From: Podarcis tiliguerta
Taxonomy: Eukaryota
Assembly: GCA_965153285.1 (NCBI GenBank)
Contig: OZ229111.1
Length of the DNA stretch: 64,000 bases
Direction: 5' to 3' (one strand)
The notes under the pieces are model-generated. The model saw only the letters and a list, made by a program, of their open reading frames with translations, was not told where the DNA came from and searched no databases. The position numbers and the translations under genes were made by a program. Below, in pieces: positions 45,417-58,800 of this stretch (positions are counted from its first letter, which is position 1; every line of letters starts with the position of its first letter).

Positions 45417-45568
45417 CAGTGGTTCCCAATTAGCTAAGTACTGCGGACCCCTACTTTTGAAAATGTTGATACCTGTATGGTAGTTTTTGTTATGTGGACG
45501 GTGCCACAGACCCCTAGGTGGGTTATGTGGACCCGTGGGCTCTATGGACCACCAGTTGGGAACCACTG
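45417..45568. mobile_element. hAT-type MITE (TIR CAGTGGTTCCCAA)
   Basis: perfect 13-bp TIRs; degenerate 8-bp TSD. Confidence 0.75.
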
Positions 45569-46731
45569 CTGCAGGCAAAAATGGAAAGGAAGATCTGGGT
45601 CTATCTCACTGTACCATGCATTTTTCAGCATTGGATGCTGAAACATTCATATAGCAAAAAGAGTCAATAAGTAAGGGCTGAGATGTAAACTTAGGAAACT
45701 AGTCAATATCAAAACCTGACAAAATGGAGTGATTCCTACCACCAGTGGCAGTCACAGTCTCTTTACTGTACCATGAAATGTAGACGCTCAGAAATAAAAC
45801 CAGACATTACACAGTCATGTAGAATAAGCATGATTGTAATAAAAGTCACATGGCTGTTAAGCCTCCAGTGGGATTATTCCAAAAGTAGCAGGTCAATCTT
45901 TGGGAGACCTGACTCATCTAAAAGATTGCTGCGCTATACTACTACCCAGCAGAATACTATATCCTGGAGTGGCTAAGCAAAACAAACAGTGAAACCTTCA
46001 TACCTTGGATGGTTATGTATCACTTACACTGCCGTCTTCAGTTGCGCTGCAGATAGGCTGTATTTGGTCGTTCCAAAAGTGAGACAGACAAGGGCTTGTC
46101 CTTCACCTAGCAATATACCTGGCAGTGGAAGCTGGATATGCATGCAGAGGTGAACTCTTGTTTCAGTATTTTGCAAACCTTATTTTCTCTCCAACTGGAG
46201 GCACACCTCACTTTTACAGCACTTTTAAGAGTTATTGAATAAGAACTTCTCTGTCCCTCTTGCAACAGCCTGCTGCATTAGTTTCGTTCCTGTTTTCCCT
46301 CCTTGCAGCAGCACTCGGAACAGCCAACAGAATACAGCAAGGACTCAGAATTAGAACCAACAATATTCTACATCATTAAAATAATAAAATGCAAAACAGT
46401 AACTACTGAACAGTATTGAAAGAAGGATGTGGGGGAAACCATTTTAAATATCAGGCAGTAAATGAGTACTTAACGCTGATCTGGGAACAGGATTGAGAGC
46501 TTGTTGAAAGCAAAGTTGTCAAGTGGAAGCAGAATACCAGCGTAAAGAATTATAATCAAAGCTTTTGAGGCAGGGAGTTCCACATTCAAAACACAACCAT
46601 AAAAGGTCAGGGTGCAGACAGGGACTTTTCTTCCCCCAGCCCGCTTTCTGCCAAGAAGAAAGAGGTCAGCACCCCACCTCTCCTGAACTAGCTTGCTCCT
46701 TCACCTGCATGCAATTCCTGATTGCCCATGG

Positions 46732-46869
46732 CAGGAGTGGGAAACCTGAGGCTCCCCAGAGGTTGCTGAACTACAACTCTCAACAGCTATATCAGGTGTG
46801 GTCAGTGGCCCAAGATGATGGGAGTTATAGTTCAACTGCATCTGGAAGACCATAAGTTCTGCACCCCTG
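46732..46869. mobile_element. old hAT-type MITE, family of 44960-45090
   Basis: shared CCAGA.GTTGCTG.ACTACAACTC core and its inverted partner. Confidence 0.65.
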
Positions 46870-47004
46870 GCTAGTGGCTCCTAGGCGAGTGCTTAAATAC
46901 AAGGCTGATACAAGTTTTCTTTTTACAAGTGTGGAAGCAATTTACTTTGGGTGCTTTTTGGATGGCCTTTTCATGGCCCGATTTGAGAAGCGCTACTGTT
47001 AGGC

Positions 47005-47446
47005 TGTATGGAGCGCTACTGTATGGAAGTGAGAGCTGGACCATAAAGAAGGCTGATCGCCGAAGAATTGACGCTTTTGAATTATGGTGCTGGAGGAGAC
47101 TCTTGAGAGTCCCATGGACTGCAAGAAGATCAAACCTATCCATTCTTAAGGAAATCAGCCCTGAGTGCTCACTGGAAGGACAGATCGTGAAGTTGAGGCT
47201 CCAATACTTTGGCCACCTCATGAGAAGAGAAGACTCCCTAGAAAAGACCCTGATGTTGGGAAAGATTGAGGGCACAAGGAGAAGGGGACGACAGAGGACG
47301 AGATGGTTAGACAGTGTTCTCGAAGCTACAAACATGAATCTGACCAAACTGCGGGTGGCAGTGGAAGACAGAAGTGCCTGGCGTGCTCTGGTCCATGGGA
47401 TCACGAAGAGTCGGACACGACTGAACGACTAAACAACAACAACAAC
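47005..47446 (+). mobile_element. Bov-B (RTE) LINE, 5'-truncated 3' end
   Basis: uninterrupted frame YGSESWTIKKADRRRIDAFELWCWRRLLRVPWTARRSN...TKSRTRLND*, (CAA)n tail, TSD ACTGTYAGGC at 46995-47004 and 47445-47454. Confidence 0.93.
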
Positions 47447-48119
47447 TGTCAGGCACCGACCTACTTATTTTCACTTACTTGGTGTTGCCTCCACAAGACT
47501 TAGTCAGCACTGATGGGATGGCAGTGCCTCTGTTCATTCATCATAAAGAAGAAGTGCTGGCCTGTCACTGGCTACATAATTCTCTCATACTGGCTAACTA
47601 TAGCTATAGGATTAGAGTTGCTGTGTTCAGCAAATAACTTAAAATCCAGAGGAGCTCTCTGAATGTATTAGTCTCACAAGGAAGCAACCTGGGTAGAGAA
47701 GGGCTGGGGGGCTTTATCTCTGGCCCCACCCTAATACATGGCTCCCTCTGCCATGCACAGGGAGATCTGAAACAAGTAAGCCTAGGCACAAAGATCTGGA
47801 CAGGTGTTGGCTTCCCTGGGTCCTGGAGCACTGTTAGGACTTCCAGTATCCAGGGAAGTCTCAACATAGAGGCCTCCCTGCTGCAGGGAAGAGGAATGGG
47901 AAGCCAAGCAGAGGTGTGCTGTTAGGAATGGGACCAGAGACACAGCCCCACACTGCAGCTTCATGAGAACAAAGTGAAGGGGGCCAGAGTTTCGACTAAA
48001 ACCATTAAGTAGGCTCAAAATGAAACAACCGCCTCTTTCTGGACATAAAGGCTTACGATATGAATTTATGTCACCTGCACTTAATGAGAGTAAAGAACAA
48101 TTTTGTCTGGTGTTTCAAC

Positions 48120-48490
48120 AAACGGCCTCGGTCCAGTATACCTGAAGGAGCGTCTCCACCCCCATCGTTCTACCCGGACACTGAGGTCCAGCACCGAGGG
48201 CCTTCTGGCGGTTCCCTCACTGAGAGAAGCCAAGTTACAGGGAACCAGGCCAAGGGCCTTCTCGGTAGTGGCACCCGCCCTGTGGAACGCCCTCCCACCA
48301 GATGTCAAAGAGAAAAACAACTACCAGACTTTTAGAAGACATCTGAAGGCAGCCCTTTTTAGGGAAGCTTTTAATGTTTGATGTATCACAGTATTTTAAT
48401 ATTCTTTTGGAAGCCGCCCAGAGTGGCTGGGGAAACTCAGCCAGATGGGCAGGGTATAAATAATAAATTATTATTATTATTATTATTATA
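48120..48490 (+). mobile_element. L2 LINE, 5'-truncated 3' end
   Basis: open frame NGLGPVYLKERL...RAFSVVAPALWNALP...HLKAALFREAF; (ATT)n tail. Confidence 0.88.
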
Positions 48491-50587
48491 ACATTTAGCA
48501 AAAACATTTCTTCAAAACATTTTTTTTTTTTTTAATAAAAGCCCTCGAGTTACTGGCGTTCCAAGTTAATTTTGCCTGCAGTTTAATATGTGTGCTTTTT
48601 CCTAATTTGGGTTGTGCAGAAGCTATTGCCATCTGCCCCTCCATATAATTCACACTCATTCAGTGTTCAACCACCCTACAGTAAAGCCTGGCTGTTATTT
48701 TGTCCTAATAGTACTTTGCCATATGGTGAGCTGCTCAAAATAAACAAAAACAAAGAAATCTAGATTTAACCTAGTTTGTGTATCATTAATCCTAAGGATT
48801 TTAGTTCCATAGCAGAAACTAGTTTCTAGACTTTTCACGCAAAGTACATATGTATTTGAGTAATATTGGGATCTGCTCTCTTTTCTTTTTAATGACTGGT
48901 GCGGTACTGAACTAGGGAAGTGGGGTTAACCCTTTTCCACATCTGGTTTTAATTTAAATCCCTTTGCAAAAGCTTCTGAAGGGGAGAAGTTAAACAGAGG
49001 AAGAGTGTTCAAACCAATTATTTCCCTTCACTGCAGCCCCACCCAGAACTTTCTGTCTCTTCTCCAACCCCTCAACTCCCAATTTCAACACCACCCCCAC
49101 CATCCTGAATCTGCTACAGTTTGTGTGATCCCCCCCCCAGCCCCATATTGCAGCATATCTTCATTTAGAATGTTTATCCCACTTCATAGCCCTGAAAGGC
49201 TCTCAGGGCAGCTTATGAAAGATTACCCTATTCAAATTTGGCTTCAGGAATAGAAGTAACATGGCGCCCTTATGGAGCTAGGATTATCAAGGCGGCATTC
49301 CCTGCCTTTATTCTTAGTCTTCCCTGGTTTTGACACTTAGCTTTTGCCCACTGGCCAGCAACTCCCACTGTTCTGCGCGCTAAACATGCAAAGTGTTGTA
49401 TGTAGCCCCATCTTTAAACAGCAGCGGCCGCAGATGTATGCAGACCCTTATTTAAAGCCCAGCGTTACCCTGAACCTACTAGTATTGCTGTAGAAAATAC
49501 AACGGAGCAGGCACATTTCCCACAAATTGTGGAGCTGCATAAAATCCCTAGCCCCTGAACTGGTTCAAGAAAAAGCAGCATACATCCTTTTTTAGGCTTG
49601 GTTCCAGAAGCATGAGGATTATGTTTCAGTGGTAAAGGTTAACAACTCAGAAACCTAAAATTCTGGGTAGTATTAAATAGTCAGAACCCAGTGCTTTCAA
49701 AGCTCTATGTTCCCATTTTAAAACAAAGTTTACATCCACACATTTAAAATACAGTTGCCCCCAAAGAATACTGGGAACTGTGGAAATTGTAGCTCTGTGA
49801 GGGCAAATTACAGTTTCCAGGATCCTTTAAGGGAAACCATGGGCTTTAAATGTGTTTTAGATGTATGGTGTGCATGTGAACTTTGACTTCTTTGACTTCG
49901 ATGTTATTCCTCATGTAGGTTTTCATATTGTGTCTCAGTAAATGACACAACTCTTCCTTTTGCTACTTAAGATAGATTAGTGTGCCTTGTGAGATAGGAC
50001 GGAAGCAGAGCTTGGGGTCATTGGCTTAACTTGTTCATTTGACCTGTTTTTATATCAGTGCTCCATATATTAAGTGAAAGGACAAGCAGTTAGAATACCA
50101 ACCACCTACATCCTTACTTAAGGTCGGTCGCAAGAATTAGAACTTCAAATTTTTGAAGTAGAATTGCAGGCAAAGATCACCTAGACAACTGCAGATTAAA
50201 AGAGACAAGGCAACCTGATGGAGAAGTCAGATGTTTTTGCAAAGTAGTCAGAAATTTAAAAAAACACCCCTCCAAGCCCAGTGTGTTATTTCAAGAAAAA
50301 TAGATAGCCTAGCTTATATCTGTCTGGACCCACCAACCTCTGATCTAGAAGTCTTCCCTCGATCTAGAAGTGCGAACATGATTATTTCCCATCTGCTTCT
50401 CAGAGGCATTATCTATTTTTATGTTTCAGGTTTGGAAACCTAGCACGACAAATAGATGCCTGAGCTAAGGCTGGATAGAAAATTAGGCTGTTGACTAAGC
50501 CTCAGAATAAAATAAAAATAGCAGAAGAATGAATTTTCAGAGCCATAATTCCTGATGCAACAATATTTTGACAACAGAATAAATAGC

Positions 50588-50593
50588 TTTATT
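50588..50593 (-). terminator. probable distal SLC16A3 poly(A) signal
   Basis: AATAAA on minus strand with upstream TGTA motifs and a downstream GU/U-rich tract; other candidates at 52322-52327 and 52427-52432. Confidence 0.5.
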
Positions 50594-53500
50594 CACTATG
50601 GTTGTAACAGTTCACTAGAAAAGCATAAATCCAGATTACATTGACATGACATCCACATTGTATTACATTAAAGTGCATTTACATGAAAGCAGGGACAAAA
50701 GTGACTTCACTTGCTTCAAACCTGTCACGAGCACAGTCGTACGCAGCCATATATTGCACGCACACACGCACACGCCGACAATTGAGACAGACAAATCCTG
50801 CACAAAAAACATTGCCCATAGCACACAAGAGCTTTGTTCTCCTGGAAAACCCTCCCTCACCACTGAGCTGCTGCTGTAGCAGCAGCTGCTGCTGCACTTT
50901 TGAGAATGAAGAAGGCAAACCTCTGAGCGTACGGTAACGGTTGAAAGGGGCTAATTTTGTTGAAGTATGAAAAGAATTGCATAGACTCTGGATAAAATAG
51001 CGTAGAAGGGACTCACCAGAATGGATCGTTTCCAAGCATCTTGTGCTCACACACCCTCATCACATGCCCCAGGGTGGTGTGTGCCTTCAGCAATTGTGTG
51101 TTGAAGGGGGCAGGGGAAAAACAAGGCTCTTGGTCACTATTTAAAGGTCTGTTGCATCATTCAACCTATTTGGTTCAACTGCTTTCCTTCCTCCTCCAAA
51201 CGGATAAAAATATAGATCTTTATATACTACGTATTTAAAAAGAGAATAAAAAATAATTTGGTACTTTTGCTTTATGTAGTAGAGAACCCAAGTTGGTTCT
51301 TTTGTCTGTTCGGATACCTGAATGCAGGGATCTGTGTGCGAGAGTATCAATGGACCCACAGTTTCCCCTGCACACACAATCTTCCCCATTCATCTTAGAA
51401 GGGCATGCTGCGAACCTAGGCTGCATAACGTGATACGTGTGCCACATCCCTTGAAAAGAATCAGAACCTTTGTCCATTCAAGAGATGCTATGCGTGTTCT
51501 TGAGCACATGCAAGTCTCTGGATCAAAGGGTACGTGTGTAAGCTGCTGTAGCTCATTTAAATTTGCGGACGTGTTCTCCTGCATCAAGCCTTTTGCGCCC
51601 ATTTGCACTCACACATACATGTTTACATACATTCCTTATAGAAAACATCTGGAGGGGATAACAGAAAAGTCCATCAAATATAGAATAGTCAAATGTCATC
51701 TGGCACTGTGTAAGTTATAGCCGTGTACCGAACAGAAAACAGTGTCGCAATTTTTACTTCACAGAACTGCACCAAGAGGTAGGGGGTTCTTTTTATCCCT
51801 TGCAGTTAGCGTAGAAACTCGTGGAAATGTTAATTGTACATTATGCATAGTACATTTCTTCTCTAGAGATTTTGCCCCCACCCCAAAAAAAGGAACTCAA
51901 AGGTATTAAGATTTATAGTCAATGAGAAGGTGATGGGGTTTTTCCCTTGCTTTTTGTGAACAAAGGCGTTGTAAGCAGCTTTCTGCCTTGAGAAGAAATG
52001 TATGAAGCCGAGACTCAAATTGTCCCAGTAAAAGGATCTTCCTTTGTGTCCCTGATTTCTGAAATCCTGCAATTCACAAGCTAGTTAAATTTATGTCCCT
52101 TAAAAAATGACATCTGGTAAGAGCTTGGACAAAGGAAGAGCAAAGGTACATCATTCCTCCCAGCATTTGTGACTGTTTAAAACTAGTTTGGCCAAGTCCT
52201 GTGAGGTGAAAGCAACACTTCCCTATGGCTCTAGCTTCCCATTTCTTATCTCCTTTCTCTCTTTCTCCTTTTCTCTTCTAAATATGTAAGCTGCGATCCG
52301 GAGGGCTACTGAGCTGAGTCGTTTATTATTACTATAATTATCAAAATGGCAGCCCCACTCACTCCTTGACAAATAGCTTTTGAAGCTTGGGGAGTAGGGA
52401 AGTTGTTAATATTTAGTTCTTTCCTTTTTATTTCACAACAACCAACATGTTGCTTTCTAGGACTGGAAGTGTAATCCACACTGCAGTTTAATAATAAAGA
52501 GTACAGCATTTGCTGAGGGCATGTGATTCTGCTCCCCTGCCCCCAGCACAGTCCAGAAGCAGATGTATAGTGTTGAATAAGCTCTACATGAGTCAGTGCA
52601 GCAGAACACATGTTTCCTAACCATCTTAAAACAAAAGGCATAGCCAGAATTCTGCAAAGGATCTGCAGCTGAAAGAGGACAAGGAGACTGTTCCGTACAA
52701 ATAATGTACTGGGTTTACAAATAAATAGCTGGTGTATGCACGTCTAGGAGAATACAAAATAATAAAATTATCAGGCAAACATCTGGCCCCTGCCATCAAA
52801 TACACTTTAATGCAATACCCAGTATGAAGTTCTCACTAGATCAATGCTTATCAAAAACAGGAACATATTAATGAAATTTTGGCTATGTTGAGGAGCCAGC
52901 TTTGGCCTGGCCCCTTTTTTGGACTGCCCCCCCCCCCCCAAAGACGCTGACATGCCCTCCCTTGCAAATGTTTTATGTGGTACAGCTGTCTTAGCCTACC
53001 ATTTTTTAATCGTTTCATCTGGGCATCAACCCGACACCTCATTTTGGTGCTCAGAACAATCAATTCCTTCTCATAATGTAGGTTAACTTAGATCTTGGTA
53101 TCTTCACCCAAAATACTATGCATTCCAGGTCAAGGTTGACCTAAGTTTTGTGAAGTTGTTTTTGCCTAGGTTTGGCCATCAGCTGCTACTACTAAATTCA
53201 GAAGAATAGAAGCTTCTGCTAAATGTAATGTTATCAAAAGTAATACTCAGCACATTCCCCCTTTGGTTAAACATTATGTTAGAGATTAGAAGTCTTTGAC
53301 TATTTTCTTTGTGTCTTGGCAATGCTCCTATTCATTCCTCCACATGCATGTGAGGAGGAAGTGCACTTGTTGGCCTCACCCCCTCCATCATGTCCCCATC
53401 ATCCCCTCCCTGCATCCCTCTGTGTTTCAGCAGAATTTCTCTAGGGAGGAGCCTGCTTTCTCTGCTGCAGAAATTGCATTTGACTGTGTAGAGAGGAACA

Positions 53501-55625
53501 CAACTACAAGCTGTTGGGATCACAATGTAGGGAGGGTGCCAGCAACTGTGTCCCTGTTCTCTTCACTCAAACACTTGGAATCACATGAGAGGGAATGAGT
53601 GAACAGGGCTAATATCTCACTGCATTTTTAGGGAAAGAACCATTATCTTTGACACCTGGCAGAATGTGCCCAGTCATCATTTAGTGATCTTGTAAGCAAG
53701 TGACAACCAATTTTCTAACGCCGTGAGATGGGACATGCATGCATGGATTTGACCTCATTTCTGGGCTCAGAGTGCATGGCAGAATTGTTTTACCATCCTT
53801 TTCCCACTAAGATTATCACGTATCTTCATCAGTCTCCCTTCTTCAGTCTCCCTTCCACTAAGAGCCTGACATTTTCCACATACGCATGGTGTTAGGGACG
53901 GTACAAGAGCAGAGGAATAAGCCAATATCCGTCTGCTATCATGTCATCTTACCTGTCTAGTGAGCTTGTAGGGCATGAATGTAGTGTAGTATAGTAACAG
54001 GCTAGCCAGACACTTCATGTTGCAGACCAGGTTTCTGCCTGTGTCTGCCACTTGGTGACCCCCTATGTAAACCATAGGATGGGATCGATGCACAACTCAA
54101 AATTCTAACCTCAATTCCTTATATCAACTATCCGCATATGTGGTTTTTCATTCAGAACTAATAACCCTAAAACACCCACCTGTGGAAGAACCTCAAATGC
54201 CTCCAATTCTGTATGCAAGCCCTTAGAATCATCGGCCCATCTTTAAAATACTTTACGAAGGAGGAGGTTAGAGTCCATGTTAATTGTGAGATGACTGTGA
54301 TTAACATGCATTAAGTGGTAGTGCGAATCCCGGAGCCAGCCTAGCGGTTCTTTTCAGTAAGGAGATGCTGTGAGTTAAACTGCTTTCGCCTCCCCCAACA
54401 CTGTGCTTCCAAATGAAACCCATCTCACCTCTGCAAACAACCCTACCTCTGTCCCCAAAGGGTGCCATTTGCTGTCTGATTGCCCACATATTACTTCACA
54501 AGCTGCTGAGAGTCACAGAGGCAGGAGAGCTGCACCACTGGAGTTTTAATTCCAAAGAATATGGGTGGCAGGAGGCAAACCTACCTCCTTTGCCCTCCTC
54601 TTTTTCCTTTCAACCATTCTATCCTGTAATGACCAACAATCCCATGAATGCCTCAGAATGGAGGTGGTACGGTGTGTCGTGAAAACGCATTTGGTTAGCA
54701 CCTTTTTGCAACTCTTTTTTTGCGCCTGATCACGCAAGGTGTGGGTGCTCCCCCTCCTCCAGTATCATCTGGAACCTGCAAATGTTGGAGGCTCATATCT
54801 AGAAATGAATGCTCATCACCTGTGTTTGGAAGGGCTTCCTCTATAAATGAGGGTCTGTTCTTAAAGCTGAGTTGAGCAGGGAGCACACAAGGATTGCTCT
54901 TTTGGCCTGCTAGTACTAAACATCACTTTTCTCCAGATGTCATTTGAGAAGAGCAGTTGTGGAGTTTCCTGGGACGGACTCCTTCTCGGTACATGTCTAA
55001 TATTTCCAGTAAAAAGGACAATGAAAACAAAACTCATAAAAAATCAATTTAACAAACCAAAAAGTTATTGAAAATTGTACAGGTTATCAAAATTAGATTA
55101 GGGTTGAGTCAAATGATCTAAACACATGTGGAAAAGAATAGGTTTGGAAACCTATTAGAGACAACCAAGTCCCTGAGATTTCTCCTTGCTAAGCCATTCC
55201 TCCTTAAGCACACAAAGACATGGAAGATACATTGAGGTGCACCACACACACAAAAATAGACGGGTATTTCCTCTGCATTACGGGAACATTTATGTACACT
55301 TCCTCTCTAGTTAAAATACAGTTTCATCGAAGTGAGCATTTTCTTGTGATGCATAGTGGGACCTCTACATGTGTTTAGAAGGTCATTTGTTTAGCTTACA
55401 GCAGTAGGTATGCCCAGGCAGCTTAGCCTGAAGATCAATCCCATTTTAAGTGGGGAGAAAGGTTTTTAAACAAGCCAGCTTCCAAAGGGTGATCTCACAA
55501 GCTGGTTGGCCTCCAGTTCCCAAACAAGATGGCCCAGCCCTAAGCTAGTCCTATTTCTAAAATAAATTAAGTGTTGAAATGTTCTGACTCCTCCTCTAAA
55601 TATATGGCATTCGTCCATGTCGCAT

Positions 55626-55888
55626 TCACACACAGGTTTCTGGGTTAGTTACAACTTCCCCATTCTTTTCGTCTTTCAGAAAGTGTTCCACTTCAATAGA
55701 GTCCACCTTGGCGTTTCCAGATTTGTTTAACTCTTCTCTTTCAGCGACATCTTCTTGTGTGTGTGTTTCTGCTGGTTTTTTAATACAGAAGGCATTTCCC
55801 ATAGCCAGCACCAAAGCCGAAGTGACCACTTCAACGCCAGCCATAATAAAAACATACATATATTTGTGTGTTGCGTCCAAGACTTTGC
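55626..55888 (-). CDS. SLC16A3: SLC16A3 last coding exon ([11 protein letters not shown]...NPETCV*)
   Basis: ORF 55626-55880; acceptor ttccag on minus strand. Confidence 0.95.
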
Positions 55889-58800
55889 CTGGAAGAGAAA
55901 ATTCACAGCTTCATCAACAACATGTTCAATCAAACCCATTCTCTAAGTTCCCAACTCTCTTAATTTGAAGAAACATTTTCAATAAATTTAGAATCCCTAT
56001 GAATTCTGATAGCTCTTTATTTTTAACTTTCAGTATGGTACATGTGAGTGCACTACTTCTTGGCTGATTGACAAAGCTGGCCTGTAACCACAACCACTCC
56101 ACCTTGTCCCTGATCCTCAGTCTGCTCTTGCACATGTCTTTGCTCTTCTGAGCATGCTTCTGGGTACCGGTTGCCAAGAACCAGAGGAGTGGATAGTGTT
56201 GTTGTATTCAAATCCTGTTTCCTAATAGCCATCTGGTTGCCACTGTGAGAAGAAGGCTACTAGACTAGCTGGGTCACTGGTCTGATCCAGCAGGCTCTTC
56301 TTATGTTCTTAACATAGCCATGGGGCCAACAAATATGTAGGAGGCTTCAAAGCCAAGCCTGCCGTTCATTTCCTCAAAATAAAATAAGTTGTGTCCCATG
56401 GTAATTGCCATCACCTTTCTGCCTTTCCCCATAAACCTGCCCCATCCCTTAACTGAGAAATAGCAAATGAACTGAATGTAACATTTACCTGCTGAAGGTG
56501 GTCCAATTAGAACAGCCATCGCCTCCATCAGGAGAACTAAACCAATGGCACTGGAAAACTTCTGTGTGCCAACAATAGCCATGAGAACTTCAAACTGAAG
56601 AGCACCAACCATTCCATAGGAAATGCCAAAGAAAATGCAGAAGACCACCAGTCCATCATAATTGTAGGCCATGGACCCCATGAGATCAGTAAAACCATTA
56701 AAGAGCATAGAAAAGCTAAAGAGGTAGACACAACGGGGCCTAACCCACTTCAAGCCAGCCACTATTCCACAAATAGGCCGAGCAAAGATATCAATCATTC
56801 CAAGAATGGTCAGAAGTAAAGCTGATTTGCCATCTGGGTACTTCATATCCTTCGCATAGCTCACCACAAAGACCGGGGGCACAAATAAGCCCAGCACCAT
56901 GATGGATGCAGCTACTGTATAGATTACGAAGCCACGATCTCTGAAGACACTGAAATCCAGTAGCTTTTTCTTGGTTTGCTTCTCAGGGGCCGCTTGGGAA
57001 GCGTCAGGTTTTTTAGGAGCATCCAACGGTCTCATCAGAGCTCCACAAACACAGCAGTTCAAAAGCAACCCCCCCAAGATGAGAAATCCTCCTCGCCATC
57101 CATACTCATGTTGCAGTTGCTGCCCCAAGGGGGAAAGAGCGCAAAGAAACACAGGGCTTCCAGCGGCAGCCAAACCATTGGCCAAAGGTCGCTTTTTGCT
57201 AAAGTAGCGATTCAGCATGATGAGCGACGGCTGGAAATTGAGCGCCAGGCCCAGTCCTGAAACAGAACAGATGCCAGAGTTTAAATCAGGAACAACATTT
57301 AGCATATATAACAGGAGTGCTCTATACTGCAGGTGAGCAATTCACAGCTCAAGATACAAAAATAGCCCAGGTACGGTTTGGGGTATGGCCAAAGACATCA
57401 GCATATCTTTAAGGGCTGCATGCTCTTGTCCAAACCTGTGCAGGAAGACTAGCCTCATATAACCAGTATAACCAGCCTCATATAGCCAATATGCTTAAGT
57501 CTAATTAATGTATGGAAGGGTTAATACCATAATACCTATCCTGCCAGGCTTAGCTGGGTCACTTCCTTTATCTTGGAAGGAAATGGGTAATCAAGCCTAT
57601 TGTTGCCCCTCAGTCTACTAGAGAACCCCCAAAGAGATGTGAGCTGGTTGTTCCAGCTCAACCACATGGCTCTCAACAAGTACTCCTGAATTCCTATACC
57701 AAGAATGTAGGAACTTTTACCACTTTGGAACTAAGCTAAGTTTTACCACCTGTGCAACTTTTCTGAATGCTGTATGGAAAAGCACATCAAGCTGTCCTTT
57801 GGAGAGTTTGTAAGTAAAACATTTTTAAGTTACCAAAAGTGTGGTCTTTTTCTCTGCTGGGGAAGTGGGAAACTTTGGAAGGAATTTAAAATGGCACATT
57901 TTAAGGTTTTACAGTCTATATTTCCATGAAACATGGAAACGCCTGGATCAAGTCTGGTAAGATTCACTGCATCTTGATTTCTTTTTTCCCCCTTTTTTAT
58001 TGACTTAAAAAAGAAAAAAAAATTACAGACAGCAAAACAAAGAAGTCTAAATTAACATTGCCTTCTACCAATAAGAAATAATAATAACTATTACAATAAT
58101 GAATACTAAAAGTACCTTTACTTCCCCTTTTAAACTTCTATTCTGGTTACAATATATTACTATTCTATAAGAATCTATTGTATCCTTTGCTGTCCCATGT
58201 ATTATTTTATTTCCCAAATTCAAGCTAGCCTTCCCCTTCTCCCCACTGCTTCCCTTCACCTGTGTGAGATCTTCCCTTCATAATATATATTTTTTCTAGT
58301 TGCTTTGATAAAATAGAGTAACTTGAAAACTGTTAAATTATAATTACTTCTTTTGCCCTTACACGCTTAACACTGCATGGGAAACTATAACCTGCTCATA
58401 CCTGGACTAGCTCTTTTCACATATACAGAACCAGTCTTGCTTTGTGCCTATTTTAAGGGAAAGAAATATTCCGTTTTCTAACCCACAAAAAAAAAAAAGT
58501 AACCATAGTAATCACATAAATATATGAGAGATCTCATTTGATTTCATTTTGTACCTGATGCTTATCAATCACAGATACACTTATGGGAATGAAGGCACCC
58601 CCCATCCTTTTTATTATGCATTTATGATCATTTGTGTTCATGATGGTGTTGGGACACCTATACACAATCCCTCTTTCCATACTGTTTCCACCAACAAAAT
58701 TATTTCAGGGCGGACATACCACTTTATTTTCAATCAGTGCATGTTCTGAAATTTCCTGCCGAAATTCTGTATCTTTTCATACCACAAGTGTTCCATGTTT

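Noticed and set aside
46871-47404. 177-aa minus-strand ORF
   Set aside because: Antisense shadow of the Bov-B fragment.
50679-51720. 123-aa and 132-aa ORFs between the convergent genes
   Set aside because: Non-ATG starts, no domain similarity or exon chain; more simply UTR or intergenic sequence.
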